From positions 1 through 47,156 of the IMG/VR virus record IMGVR_UViG_3300048892_000092: a DNA stretch of 47,156 bases. One strand, given 5' to 3'. Position numbers and translations under genes: made by a program. Shown one piece after another: positions 28,431 to 37,301 of this stretch. The notes below the pieces were generated by a model. That model had not been told where the DNA came from, ran no database searches, and saw only the letters and a program-made list of their open reading frames with translations. The stretch's first letter is position 1, and each line of letters begins with the position of its first letter. The DNA comes from a virus. Lineage: Duplodnaviria; Caudoviricetes.

Positions 28431-29505
28431 TGAGGTGCAGCAGATCGATGCGTTTCTGCACAAGAACGGCTCGCCGATGGCTGGGCTCGGCAACGTGTTC
28501 GTCGCCGCCGGTAAGAAATACGGCGTCGACCCGCGACTAGTGGTCGGGATCGCCGGAGCCGAATCCTCGCTCGGCAAGTATGCGTACCGCCCGTACAACG
28601 CCTGGGGCTGGGGCGGCAGGGCGGGGCACAGTTTCGGGAGCTGGGAGGAGTCGATCGCCCAGGTCACGAAGGGCCTGCGCGACGGCTACATCAGCCAGGG
28701 GCGCACGACCCCGGCGGCGATCGTCTCAAAGTACGCGCCCTCCTCGGACGGCAACGACGAGGCGCAGTGGGCGTCGAACGTCGGCCACTTCATGAAGCAG
28801 CTGGGCGCCGACCCGGGCGCCTCGATGTCGATCCGGCCGATGGCCGGGATGAAGATGCCGACGGCGCCGCCGACCCTGAAGATGCCCGACATCGGCCCGT
28901 CGGCGCTGGAGTCGTCGGCCCCGTCGGGGATTGACCAGTTCGTGATCAACAACGCGGGCCTGAACCCGGACATGCAGGTGCGCAACCTGGTCAGCGGGAT
29001 GCTGAGCGGGCGGCTCGACGAGAAGCCGTGGACGCCGCCGCCGCTGAAGATGCCGACGCTCGGGACGGCGGGCGGCAAGGTGCCGATGATGGGCGGCGCG
29101 ATCTTCCCGCAGGGCAAGCTCGGCAAGGTCGCGTTCGCGCCGAGCGCGAACCGGGCGGGGATCGGCGTGAACCCGGCGGTGACGAACTTCGTGCGCCAGA
29201 TCGCCGGGAAGTTCGGCCCGATCACAATCGGCACCGGCACGAACCACAACCAGTTCGTCTCCGGCACGAACAACACCCGGCAGTCGGATCACTGGGAGGG
29301 CAACGCCGTCGACATCCCCGCCTCCGGCCACACGCTGACGCGGCTCGGGCACGACGCGCTGATCGCCGCCGGGATGCCGTGGCGGAAAGCGGAGAAGACG
29401 AGCGGCGGGCTCTACCAGGTCGGCAAGTGGCAGATCATCTTCAACACGACGCTCGCGCAGGGCGGCAACCACTGGAACCACCTCCACGTCGGACTGAGAG
29501 GCTGA
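28423..29505 (+). CDS. Virion-associated peptidoglycan hydrolase: glucosaminidase/lysozyme-like plus Zn-peptidase (M15-like) domain
   Basis: AGKKYGVDPRLVVGIAGAESSLG...YNAWGW...KYAP; C-terminal SDHWEGNAVD...HWNHLHVG. Confidence 0.8.
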   Translation: MADEVQQIDAFLHKNGSPMAGLGNVFVAAGKKYGVDPRLVVGIAGAESSLGKYAYRPYNAWGWGGRAGHSFGSWEESIAQVTKGLRDGYISQGRTTPAAIVSKYAPSSDGNDEAQWASNVGHFMKQLGADPGASMSIRPMAGMKMPTAPPTLKMPDIGPSALESSAPSGIDQFVINNAGLNPDMQVRNLVSGMLSGRLDEKPWTPPPLKMPTLGTAGGKVPMMGGAIFPQGKLGKVAFAPSANRAGIGVNPAVTNFVRQIAGKFGPITIGTGTNHNQFVSGTNNTRQSDHWEGNAVDIPASGHTLTRLGHDALIAAGMPWRKAEKTSGGLYQVGKWQIIFNTTLAQGGNHWNHLHVGLRG

Positions 29506-29512
29506 GACAAAG

Positions 29513-29538
29513 AAGGAGCGGGCCGAAGCCCGCTCCTT
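29513..29538. terminator. Bidirectional terminator hairpin
   Basis: AAGGAGCGGGC-CGAA-GCCCGCTCCTT between convergent genes. Confidence 0.75.
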
Positions 29539-29608
29539 GTCCGCACTCGTTCTGTTCCCACGCCAAGGTGCGCCCTGCGCGGCTTGCCCGAAGGGGCAGC
29601 AAAATCTG

Positions 29609-29797
29609 TCAGCCGATTCCGTGCTCGCGTCGATGCAGTGCGTTCGCCTGGTCGCGGTCGAACTGAGCACGGTACAGCTCGTCGTTCGACTGCGGGTAGT
29701 CCTTGACGGTCTGGCCGCTGCGAGTGTCGACGAGCAGCCAGCGCGTCGAGGTGACGCGGAGCTGGAACGGGAATCGAAGCTGCTTGCTCTCTTCCAT
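29609..29797 (-). CDS. Hypothetical protein (62 aa)
   Basis: ORF pointing into the terminator; plausible composition. Confidence 0.5.
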   Translation of the reverse strand: MEESKQLRFPFQLRVTSTRWLLVDTRSGQTVKDYPQSNDELYRAQFDRDQANALHRREHGIG

Positions 29798-29835
29798 ATC
29801 TATAGGAAGGGAGCTTCGAGCGAGGAGTGTAAAAG

Positions 29836-30105
29836 ATGGATCCGTTCGGGGCTTTCAAGACGGCGCTCACCGCGCCCTACCACGCCGCCCAGGCGGCGAT
29901 CAACTGGGACGCCGGGATCGAGCACCGCGTCAACCAGCACCTCGACCTGTCGAACGAGTACGTCAAGCAAGGGATGCATCCGTTCGACGCGCAGCGGCTG
30001 GCGGGCCGGATGGTCTACGGCGACTACGCGCACGACCCGGCGTTGCAGCAGCACTACATGCAGGTGATGCAGCAGGCCGGAATCATCCCGTACCAGGCTC
30101 GCTAG
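29836..30105 (+). CDS. Hypothetical protein (89 aa)
   Basis: GAGGAG SD; GC3-rich. Confidence 0.65.
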   Translation: MDPFGAFKTALTAPYHAAQAAINWDAGIEHRVNQHLDLSNEYVKQGMHPFDAQRLAGRMVYGDYAHDPALQQHYMQVMQQAGIIPYQAR

Positions 30106-30154
30106 CCCGGTGACCAATCTCGTCGGACTGAGAGGCTGATTCTGTTTTAACAGG

Positions 30155-30183
30155 TTGCCAACCCTCTTCCGACGTCGTAGACT
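30155..30183 (+). promoter_or_regulatory. Sigma70/SigA-type promoter
   Basis: TTGCCA-17 nt-TAGACT about 30 nt upstream of 30211. Confidence 0.65.
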
Positions 30184-30210
30184 CGGCCGTTCTAATACGA
30201 CGCGAGGAGG

Positions 30211-30942
30211 ATGGCTATGGCAGAGAGTTTCGTTGTTCGCGATCGCGAGCTGGAGTCGGTGCAGCAGCGCTCGATCGAGAAGCTCGCGCAGCACCGCTGG
30301 CACTGGACGCTCGACGACAGCAATCCCGATCGTGTCTCGATCGCCGAGTATGCTCGCCGCGTCTCGCGGGGCCGAGCGACGATTCATCGCATGGCCTATG
30401 GCTACAAGGCGTGGAGCGTCCGGAATTCCGGACACTCCCCCGGCGAGCCGGTCACGCTGACGGACTTCATCGAGCAGGCGAACTTGGCGGCTGAGAAAGC
30501 GGAGGCGGTCGAGGCGGTTGCCGCTGCGACCGGCAAATCATTCAGCAACACCGCGGTTAGCAAGCGCGCTGAGGTACGTGACGTGCTCGACACGGCCCGC
30601 GAGCGGGCCGAGCGTAAGGGCACGACGGTGAGCGACGAGCTGCCTGCTGTCGCCGACTTCCGGGAGAAGGCTCGCCGGGCCGCGCAGAAGGAGAAGGACT
30701 CCCGTCGTGCTTCCCACTTCATGCTCGTCGAGGTCGAGGGGCACATCGGTGCCGCGATGCGGCGGCTGCGGCAGGCGCTCGCGATCGCTCGCGACGTCGA
30801 CTTCGATGCCGAGGAGACCGAGCTGCTCGAAGACTCGATCGCGAAGCTGAGGATGATCGTCGATCTGATCGACGTCCGGATCACGGGCGAGCGGGGAGGG
30901 ATCGACTGGGACACGGAGTTCACCAAGGTGATGGAGGGCTGA
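30211..30942 (+). CDS. Helical protein with HTH-like segment (accessory gene 1)
   Basis: GAGGAGG SD; VSIAEYARRVSRGRATIHRMA. Confidence 0.75.
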   Translation: MAMAESFVVRDRELESVQQRSIEKLAQHRWHWTLDDSNPDRVSIAEYARRVSRGRATIHRMAYGYKAWSVRNSGHSPGEPVTLTDFIEQANLAAEKAEAVEAVAAATGKSFSNTAVSKRAEVRDVLDTARERAERKGTTVSDELPAVADFREKARRAAQKEKDSRRASHFMLVEVEGHIGAAMRRLRQALAIARDVDFDAEETELLEDSIAKLRMIVDLIDVRITGERGGIDWDTEFTKVMEG

Positions 30943-30945
30943 CCG

Positions 30946-31380
30946 ATGAAGAAGGACGATCTCGCCGGAATGATCTACGACGCGCTCGCCGACGCGCCCG
31001 GGGGGATGTCGATCTACGACATCGCCGAGCGGGTCAACATGCCCGTCTACGCTTGCCGGAAAGCGATGCGCAGCACTCGTCTCACACTCGCCGAGGGTGA
31101 CACGCTGTTCGTGATCGCCGAGCCGCAGGGCCCACGGGAGCCGTGGTTGTACCAGCTCGTCGATGGCAAGACACTGGTCGACGCCGAGCACTCGGGCTGG
31201 ACGACGAACCGGATCGGCGACGCGCAGAGTCGGGTGCATCTGCTCTCGGAGGCGATGGGGGTCGCGGCGCGGGCGACCGACGGCCGCTCGATCCCGGGTC
31301 GCAAGGCGAGGGTGATGGCGAAGGCGCTGCATCGACTCGACGAGGATCTGACCGAGATCGACGAGGCCGGACGAAGCTAG
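30946..31380 (+). CDS. Winged-HTH-like protein (accessory gene 2)
   Basis: IYDALADAPGGMSIYDIAERVNMPVYACRKAM; GGAGG SD. Confidence 0.7.
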   Translation: MKKDDLAGMIYDALADAPGGMSIYDIAERVNMPVYACRKAMRSTRLTLAEGDTLFVIAEPQGPREPWLYQLVDGKTLVDAEHSGWTTNRIGDAQSRVHLLSEAMGVAARATDGRSIPGRKARVMAKALHRLDEDLTEIDEAGRS

Positions 31381-31470
31381 ATTCAGGAACAGGGTGTTGC
31401 GAGCACCTGGCCTCGGCGAGAAGAGCGCTCTTCTGGAGGAGTCTCGCCGGGGCCTGTTCCTGAAGTCATC

Positions 31471-31686
31471 TGGTCAGGATTTGGTCAGGGCTTGGTCAGG
31501 GTTCGTCGCTGTACGGGGCTGTTTCAGCGCTGTATCGGCGAGAGGATTTGGCTCAACAGAGCCGTTCAGATGTGCCCTGATGCCCCCCTGGGACACTGGA
31601 CGAGTAGCAGATCAGTGGCCCTCAACCCCTGTATCCATGCGGGTTCCCGGCTCGGCGAGGCCCATCTGGTCAGGGTTTGGTCAGGG
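31471..31686. mobile_element. attP: attP region with integrase arm-type repeats
   Basis: TGGTCAGG(G) at 31471, 31482, 31493 and 31667, 31678 (11-bp period) flanking about 165 bp just downstream of int. The core is not identified. Confidence 0.75.
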
Positions 31687-31710
31687 CAGTTCGCGTCGTC
31701 GTCTGCCCAG

Positions 31711-31742
31711 GAAACAGAAGAGGCCCGCTTGCGCGGGCCTCT
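31711..31742 (-). terminator. Integrase terminator
   Basis: AGAGGCCCGC-N4-GCGGGCCTCT followed by TCTGTTTC on the minus strand. Confidence 0.7.
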
Positions 31743-31767
31743 AGTCGGCGTGAGCTGGGATCGAAGG

Positions 31768-33021
31768 TCAGGCCAGCGAGCCGAACCCGACCGTCGCCAT
31801 CGAAGCGAGCAACGCCTCGTCCTCCTGCGCGTCCCCGTAGGAGTGCGCGTACTCCTTCACGAACGTCGCGACCGTGTGACCCATCCAGCGGGCGGCGACG
31901 GTCACGGGCACCGGAGGATCGGCCTGCGCCATCAGCGACGCGACCGAGTGGCGCAGATCGTGCGGGACGATGTGGCCGAGCCCGGCGTTGATCCCGGCGC
32001 GTTGCACGCCGCGCGGGCGGAAGTTCACCGGGTCGATCGGCTTGCCGCTCGCGGTCGCGAACACGAACTCGTCGTCCTCGGGCTGGCGGTCGTGCTCGGC
32101 GACGAACAGCCGGTACTGCTCCTCCAGCGCCGCGTGCGCCGCGTCGAACATGCTCATCGTCCGCTTCGACGCCTTGCTCTTCACCTTCGCCCGCGTTTTG
32201 TCCGTGACGCCCGTCGCGGCCCGCTGCTTGCTGATCGTGATCCGCCGCTCGACGAGCGAGACGTCGCCCCAGGTCAGGCCGCACAGTTCGCTGATCCGGC
32301 AGCCGGAGAAGCAGAGCACCGTCAGCGGCAGCCGGTAGTTCTCGGGGCAGGCCTCGATCAGCTTACGCAGCTCGTCGGGGCGCAGGATCCGCGGCTCGCC
32401 CTTCTCGGAGCGTTCCGTGGGGACGACGTCGTCGCGATCGAGCCCGTCGAACGGGTCGACGAAGATCACGCCCTCCTTCAGCGCCAGCTTGATCATCTTG
32501 CGCAGCGGCGTCAGTGAGCCCATCACCGTCCAGTTCGTCATCGGCGTGCCGTAGCGCGACGTGCGCTCGCTCATCGCCGCGATGTAACGGGCGATCATGC
32601 GGTCGGTGATCGTGTTGATCTTGCGGCTGCCGCGGAAGTACGGCTCCAGGTAGTTGCGGTACGAGTTGCGGTAGCTGCGGATCGTGTTGTCGGCGCGATC
32701 CTCGCGCTGCACCTTCGCCTCCAGGTCGGCGAAGAACTTGGCCGCGATCTCGTCGAGCGTGGCCGTGCCGCCCGCGAGCGGCGTGCCGCCCTCGTCGCGG
32801 TTCGCCGTCGCCTTCTTCCAGGCGGTGATCGCTTCCTTCTCGGTCTTCACAGGCGTCTGCGTCTTCGGGTAGCAGATCGTGCCCGACGTGTCGACGTTGT
32901 TCTGCGAGAGCTTCAGCTCCCAGACGACGTCCGTTGCCCGGCGCCGCCACCAGAGCCCGGGGTACTTGTCGCCGTCGACTCGGCCTCGGCGCTTCGTGGG
33001 GTCATACACTGCTGTTGACAT
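31768..33021 (-). CDS. int: Tyrosine integrase
   Basis: SGCRISELCGLTWGDV, HDLRHSVAS, WMGH, EYAH catalytic residues. Confidence 0.95.
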   Translation of the reverse strand: MSTAVYDPTKRRGRVDGDKYPGLWWRRRATDVVWELKLSQNNVDTSGTICYPKTQTPVKTEKEAITAWKKATANRDEGGTPLAGGTATLDEIAAKFFADLEAKVQREDRADNTIRSYRNSYRNYLEPYFRGSRKINTITDRMIARYIAAMSERTSRYGTPMTNWTVMGSLTPLRKMIKLALKEGVIFVDPFDGLDRDDVVPTERSEKGEPRILRPDELRKLIEACPENYRLPLTVLCFSGCRISELCGLTWGDVSLVERRITISKQRAATGVTDKTRAKVKSKASKRTMSMFDAAHAALEEQYRLFVAEHDRQPEDDEFVFATASGKPIDPVNFRPRGVQRAGINAGLGHIVPHDLRHSVASLMAQADPPVPVTVAARWMGHTVATFVKEYAHSYGDAQEDEALLASMATVGFGSLA

Positions 33022-33091
33022 CAGGGGTCACCTCCCTTGGTGTTCGCGCCCCCGGAGCCTGGTCGCTCGCGGGGGCACTTCATGTATCAAG

Positions 33092-33346
33092 TCAGGGCAG
33101 GGTAGCATCGATCTTACGGTCGAGCGCGGCCAGGTCGATGTAGACGCGCCGCTCGACAACCCGCCCCGGCAGCTGACCCTTCTGCCAGCGCTGCCGCACC
33201 GCCTCCTCGCTGATCCCGAGCTTCTCAGCGACGACGGGAACCGGCGCCCAGCGGAAGCGGTCGCGCTCCTTCGCCAGCTCGGCCTTGATCAGCCTGCGCA
33301 CCAGCGGAGTCAGCAGCTCGACGAGCGCCTCGTCGACATCGCTCAT
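33092..33346 (-). CDS. xis: Excisionase-like HTH protein
   Basis: VPVVAEKLGISEEAVRQRWQKGQLPG...VYID; adjacent to int. Confidence 0.75.
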   Translation of the reverse strand: MSDVDEALVELLTPLVRRLIKAELAKERDRFRWAPVPVVAEKLGISEEAVRQRWQKGQLPGRVVERRVYIDLAALDRKIDATLP

Positions 33347-33677
33347 CAGGGCAGACTCCCTCCTCGAACCCATCGAGCGCAGTCGAGCAAGCTTGCGCGA
33401 GTCCGAATTCGAGAACCAGATTTAAATTTAAAATTCCTGTTCGAGCGACGAGTCGACATGCCGTGCTCACCTCTCACGTTCTCATTGCTTGCTCTTTCTC
33501 GACTGAGTCGAGACGTACTGATCCCAGGGTTCGCCACCCCCGCCGTTTGCGTCGCGGTCACGCCCTGCCACCCCGACCGGCTCTTGGTACGGCGGCGCCA
33601 AACCGCCTCGATTGCTATACGGCGGGAAGCGCGATTGCGGGTGGCAGGATGCTCGCGCTTCCCTATCTCTCGCGCGC

Positions 33678-33944
33678 TCAGCCCGGCTGCCGCCTCCCTT
33701 GCCTTCGCATCGGGACGGGGTCGGGAATCTTGCGCTGCTGCTTCAACCAGAGGCGCGCGAAATGCTGCGGATCCTTCCGGCCTTCGGCGAGTGCGAGCTG
33801 GTGGAGCGCGATCTGCAGCAGCCGGTGCTCTTCGAGCAGCCGTTCGCGCATCAGCTGGATCAGGTCGCGTGCCTTCGCGTTGCGCAGCAGCAGCGCGCTC
33901 AGCTGGCTGCGGTCGAGCACCACCCGTGTCTTGGTGATGATCAT
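33678..33944 (-). CDS. Hypothetical protein (88 aa)
   Basis: MIITKTRVVLDRSQL...; follows the 33947 stop. Confidence 0.6.
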   Translation of the reverse strand: MIITKTRVVLDRSQLSALLLRNAKARDLIQLMRERLLEEHRLLQIALHQLALAEGRKDPQHFARLWLKQQRKIPDPVPMRRQGRRQPG

Positions 33945-33946
33945 CC

Positions 33947-34192
33947 TCACTTCAGCCTTTCGAGCAGCTCGGCGCGCTCGCGGCGCCACGCCTCCTGGCG
34001 GGCGTGCCAGTTCTCCAGGCGGTGCCGCAGGTCGACGACCTGGGCCTGCAGTTTCGCGCGCTCGCCTTTGCAGACGCGCAGGTCTTCCTCGAGTTTCTCG
34101 ACGGCGGCGAACAGCGCCGACTCCCACGGCAGCCGGGTGATCCCTCCGGCGCGCGCGGGAACGTGGCGGCGGTTCGTGTCACTGTCGGCCAT
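33947..34192 (-). CDS. Coiled-coil hypothetical protein
   Basis: Heptad pattern; operon packing. Confidence 0.6.
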   Translation of the reverse strand: MADSDTNRRHVPARAGGITRLPWESALFAAVEKLEEDLRVCKGERAKLQAQVVDLRHRLENWHARQEAWRRERAELLERLK

Positions 34193-34490
34193 CGACGAGG
34201 TTGAGGAACTGGTCGAGCGGCAGCGATGCGTACCAGGGCTCGCGGCTGCGCCGGTAGCAGACGACGGGGATCGTGCCGTCCGGCGCCTCGCGCGCGGCCT
34301 GGCGGTTCCAGTCGGGGATGCAGAGCCGCTCCTGGCGCTTGCACTCGACGTGCAGCCAGCCGCTCGCGGGCAGGATCACCAGCTGATCGCCGCTGCCCTC
34401 CAGGTTGCGCAGCTGCAGGCCGTGCTGAGCGAAGATGTGCGCCACCTCCAGCTCGCCGCGCAGGCCCTTGTCGCGCTCGCGCTTGCTCAC
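34179..34490 (-). CDS. Holliday junction resolvase (Hjc-like PD-(D/E)XK)
   Basis: SKRERDKGLRGELEVA...GD...HVECKRQE...W. Confidence 0.8.
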   Translation of the reverse strand: MSKRERDKGLRGELEVAHIFAQHGLQLRNLEGSGDQLVILPASGWLHVECKRQERLCIPDWNRQAAREAPDGTIPVVCYRRSREPWYASLPLDQFLNLVDGRQ

Positions 34491-34726
34491 GGGTACTCCC
34501 TGTTCAGCCGCTTCGCGTACTTGCGCGCCTCGGTCTCCGCGTCGACCCGGCCGCCCGGCTTGCCGTTGTTGGCGTTGCGGAATTCGCGCACGACGTGGAA
34601 GCAGTCGGCCGAGTCGGTCACGTACCAGAAGGTGGTCGGGGTGTGACGGGAATCCCCGGCTCGTTTCGGGCTGCGCTGGTCGATCTTCCAGCCGGTGACC
34701 GAGCCGACGCGGAAGCGCTCGCTCAC
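34487..34726 (-). CDS. Hypothetical protein (79 aa)
   Basis: GTGA-coupled ORF. Confidence 0.6.
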   Translation of the reverse strand: MSERFRVGSVTGWKIDQRSPKRAGDSRHTPTTFWYVTDSADCFHVVREFRNANNGKPGGRVDAETEARKYAKRLNREYP

Positions 34727-34968
34727 GGCTCGGCCATCCAGGGCTTCCAGCGTGGACAGGAGCGATCATGGACGCGCCGTAGCGTCGCCTTGTTCGAACC
34801 CTCCCAGTGCCCGCGCGTCGGGGTCGGCGTGCAGACGCAGCGCCCGGCCTCGATGTCGGCGAGGCGCTGCTGGCGCTCGGCGGCGCCCGGCCCCATCTGC
34901 TCGCGGTAGAGCGCCAGCTGATCCTCGAAAGTGAGCAGCGAGAGCGGCGCGATTTTGCCCTTAGGCAC
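34723..34968 (-). CDS. Hypothetical Cys/His protein (81 aa)
   Basis: CVC...HDRSC; coupled ORF. Confidence 0.6.
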   Translation of the reverse strand: MPKGKIAPLSLLTFEDQLALYREQMGPGAAERQQRLADIEAGRCVCTPTPTRGHWEGSNKATLRRVHDRSCPRWKPWMAEP

Positions 34969-35146
34969 CGACGCCCTCCATCGTTTGGAGCGCGCGGGCG
35001 ATCATGAACAGGGCCTCGCTCACTTCGTGGAGGTTGAGACTGGCATCGCTGTTCGTCGCGAGACGGTCGACGGCTTCGATCAGCGCGTCGAACCTGTAGC
35101 CGAGGTCGTCCCCGAGTTCCAGCGTGACGACGAGCCTGTCAGGCAC
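34961..35146 (-). CDS. Hypothetical protein (61 aa) bounded by 22-bp direct repeats
   Basis: Ends in TMEGVGA like the upstream gene. Confidence 0.6.
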   Translation of the reverse strand: MPDRLVVTLELGDDLGYRFDALIEAVDRLATNSDASLNLHEVSEALFMIARALQTMEGVGA

Positions 35147-35162
35147 CGACGCCCTCCATCGT
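34963..35162. repeat. 22-bp direct repeat AGGCACCGACGCCCTCCATCGT
   Basis: Exact copies at 34963-34984 and 35141-35162. Confidence 0.9.
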
Positions 35163-35822
35163 CTCCAGGAACCGTTTCGCGTCCATCGTCGCGTACGCGA
35201 GCACCGGCACCAGCACGTAGTAGCGGCCGATCGCGGAGCTGTCCGCGTTCGGGATCAGCGGCGCCAGGTTCTCGATCAGCGTGTCGAGCACGTCGGCGCC
35301 GTCCTCGACCTCGTCCGCGGGCACCCGCACCGACCAGGTTTTGCGACGGCGCCCCCAGCCCCGCTTGCGGGCCGGGGGATGCCGACGCTTCTGCCCGCAG
35401 AACGGGCAGCTCGACTCCGGGGGTGAGACGACTGACTGCTCGTCGTCGATCGTTTCAGGAGTCGGTGGCTGCGGCGTGATCGGCCCGACCAGGTTGTAGC
35501 GCGACACCTTCTCGCCGGGCAGCGCCACCGGCAGCGCCCAGTAGAAGAGCCCGTCCTCGTAGCGGATCGCGGCCTTGTGGCCGCCGATGCGCCCGGTCAG
35601 GTCGTCGTGGCAGGGCGGGCAGACGCCGGTCAGGTTGCCGACGACGCGGCCGTCGATCATGATCCAGCGGAAGTCACCGCCAAGCGCCGAGCGGCGCACG
35701 ATGTGGTGCGCGTGCTCCGACCAGCGGTTGCAGCTCGGGTTCGAGCAGCGGGGCCCGACCTTATAGAGCGGGCCGCCCCGCACGCCCTTGACCAGCATGA
35801 AGTCGACGGCGGGGAGCGTCAC
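35139..35822 (-). CDS. HNH endonuclease-domain protein
   Basis: CSNPSC...AHHIVRRS...NLTGVCPPCHD; extra CPFC. Confidence 0.75.
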   Translation of the reverse strand: MTLPAVDFMLVKGVRGGPLYKVGPRCSNPSCNRWSEHAHHIVRRSALGGDFRWIMIDGRVVGNLTGVCPPCHDDLTGRIGGHKAAIRYEDGLFYWALPVALPGEKVSRYNLVGPITPQPPTPETIDDEQSVVSPPESSCPFCGQKRRHPPARKRGWGRRRKTWSVRVPADEVEDGADVLDTLIENLAPLIPNADSSAIGRYYVLVPVLAYATMDAKRFLETMEGVGA

Positions 35823-36298
35823 TCGCCCATCAGTTCCCTGAAGTCGAACGGGTGCCGGAGCGCGTCCGAGATCGTCCAGGGATCTCCGGTGAAGCCGAGG
35901 CAGCGGTTCGCGTAGATCCGCGCCTTGCTCGGCACCTTGATCTCGCCGCGAACGAAGGCACGGCCGCGATCGGTCAGGCGCCACCAGCCGACACGGTTCG
36001 AGCCGTCCTTGCGGTAGCCCGGCTGCTGCTCCATCAGGCGCCAGTGCCAGGCGAAGGTGCCGTAGCCGCCCTGGTGCGGCGTGCCCTTCATCGTGTCGAG
36101 CACGTCGGGCAGGAAGATCCACTCGCGACCTTCGTTGCGCCGGTACAGCTCGATCAGCACCTTGGCCGAGGCCGCGGGCAGCGGGCGCGGGTAAATCTTG
36201 GCGTTCTGGGTGCAGAGCGGGCAGAGCGCGCCCTTCTCCACCAGCTTGCGTAGCTCGTCGCGAGCCTCGGCGAGGCTCATCGAGTCCGAGAATGTCAT
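35819..36298 (-). CDS. Zn-finger/winged-helix-like hypothetical protein
   Basis: CPLC; GWWRLTDRGRAF wing motif. Confidence 0.65.
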   Translation of the reverse strand: MTFSDSMSLAEARDELRKLVEKGALCPLCTQNAKIYPRPLPAASAKVLIELYRRNEGREWIFLPDVLDTMKGTPHQGGYGTFAWHWRLMEQQPGYRKDGSNRVGWWRLTDRGRAFVRGEIKVPSKARIYANRCLGFTGDPWTISDALRHPFDFRELMGE

Positions 36299-36411
36299 CG
36301 TTCCTCCCGCTCCTCGCGGTAGATGTCGAACAGTTCCAGCGCGAACGACCAGACGGCCTGGCCGACGCAGCCGACGAACACGCCGAGCAGGAACAGCAGC
36401 ACCGCGGTCAC
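36295..36411 (-). CDS. Single-TM micro-protein (38 aa)
   Basis: VTAVLLFLLGVFVGCVGQAVWSFALELFDIYREEREER fills the gap with overlaps at both ends. Confidence 0.55.
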   Translation of the reverse strand: MTAVLLFLLGVFVGCVGQAVWSFALELFDIYREEREER

Positions 36412-37301
36412 TCGTCGCTCCAGGCCGGGCAGTCGTTACGGAAGCCGCAGAAGCCGCAGGCCCAGTCGTGGAAGCGGCCGTAGGTCGGCCAGGTCTGGTC
36501 GGGCCCGAGCAGGTTCATGTAGAGCGCGATCTCGGCCGCCACCAGGCGCACGTTCTCGCGCAGCACGGCGCGCTCGTTCGCGCCGGGGGCGATCAGCAGA
36601 TCCTCGCTCTCCAGCGGCGTCACGATCGTCACCGAGCCCCGCTCCGGGCTCGCGGTCAGGGAGTGGAACTCGACCGGCTTGCCGGTGGCCTCGCCGTACA
36701 CGGCCGCCTGGATCCGCCACGACTCCTGCGGCTTGCGCTTCGCCTTGCGGCCGGTCTTGACGTCGATCACGCCGGTCTCACGCTCGATGTCGAAGCGGCC
36801 GACGACCGGCACCGGGGCATGGAAGTCGACCTCGACCTTGCCCTCGATCCCGGTCGGCTGGATCCTCGGCGCCACCGTCTCCCGGTACTCGGCGAGCATC
36901 TTCGCCCCACGCACCTTCGCCTGCTCCGGCTTGCTGTCCCAGAACACCTCCTCACCGGCCTTCGCCTGCTCCAGCTCCAGCGTGATCGGCCAGCCGACGT
37001 CGCCGAACCAGGTGAGCAGCTCGACGGCCGGGAGGTCTTCGTGCGAGGTGATCTTCTGGGCGAAGTTGTGCTCCAGCCCGGCGTGGACGGCGGTGCCGAT
37101 CACCGGGGCCTCGGCCGGGCGTTCCTTGCGGCCGTGCAGGTAGCGCTCCTGGTACTGGCGCGGGCAGCGGCGGAACATCGAGATCGAGGAGGGGGAGAGG
37201 TGGTCGGGGAGCTGCGGGTGCCACTCGATCGGGTACGCGCTGCGCGCCTGCTCGACGAGGAGCTGCTGCTCGATCTGGAACTGGCTGATGTCGAGCGGCA
37301 T
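36408..37301 (-). CDS. RecB/AddB-family PD-(D/E)XK exonuclease
   Basis: HLSPSSI...CPRQY, GTAVH, GRFD, IDVKTG, QAAVY, C-x2-C-x5-C. Confidence 0.9.
   Translation of the reverse strand: MPLDISQFQIEQQLLVEQARSAYPIEWHPQLPDHLSPSSISMFRRCPRQYQERYLHGRKERPAEAPVIGTAVHAGLEHNFAQKITSHEDLPAVELLTWFGDVGWPITLELEQAKAGEEVFWDSKPEQAKVRGAKMLAEYRETVAPRIQPTGIEGKVEVDFHAPVPVVGRFDIERETGVIDVKTGRKAKRKPQESWRIQAAVYGEATGKPVEFHSLTASPERGSVTIVTPLESEDLLIAPGANERAVLRENVRLVAAEIALYMNLLGPDQTWPTYGRFHDWACGFCGFRNDCPAWSDE

Noticed and set aside
31575-31625. tRNA-derived attP core
   Set aside because: TGCCCCCCTGGGA weakly resembles a reversed tRNA 3' end, but there is no T-loop GTTCGA, so the integration target cannot be named.
33346-33561. 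71-aa minus-strand ORF upstream of xis
   Set aside because: Poor codon bias, and it runs through an AT-rich palindromic tract that is more likely regulatory.
36408-37301. Cas4 / CRISPR adaptation gene
   Set aside because: Context (SSB, resolvase, no array or cas1) fits a phage RecB-like recombination exonuclease.
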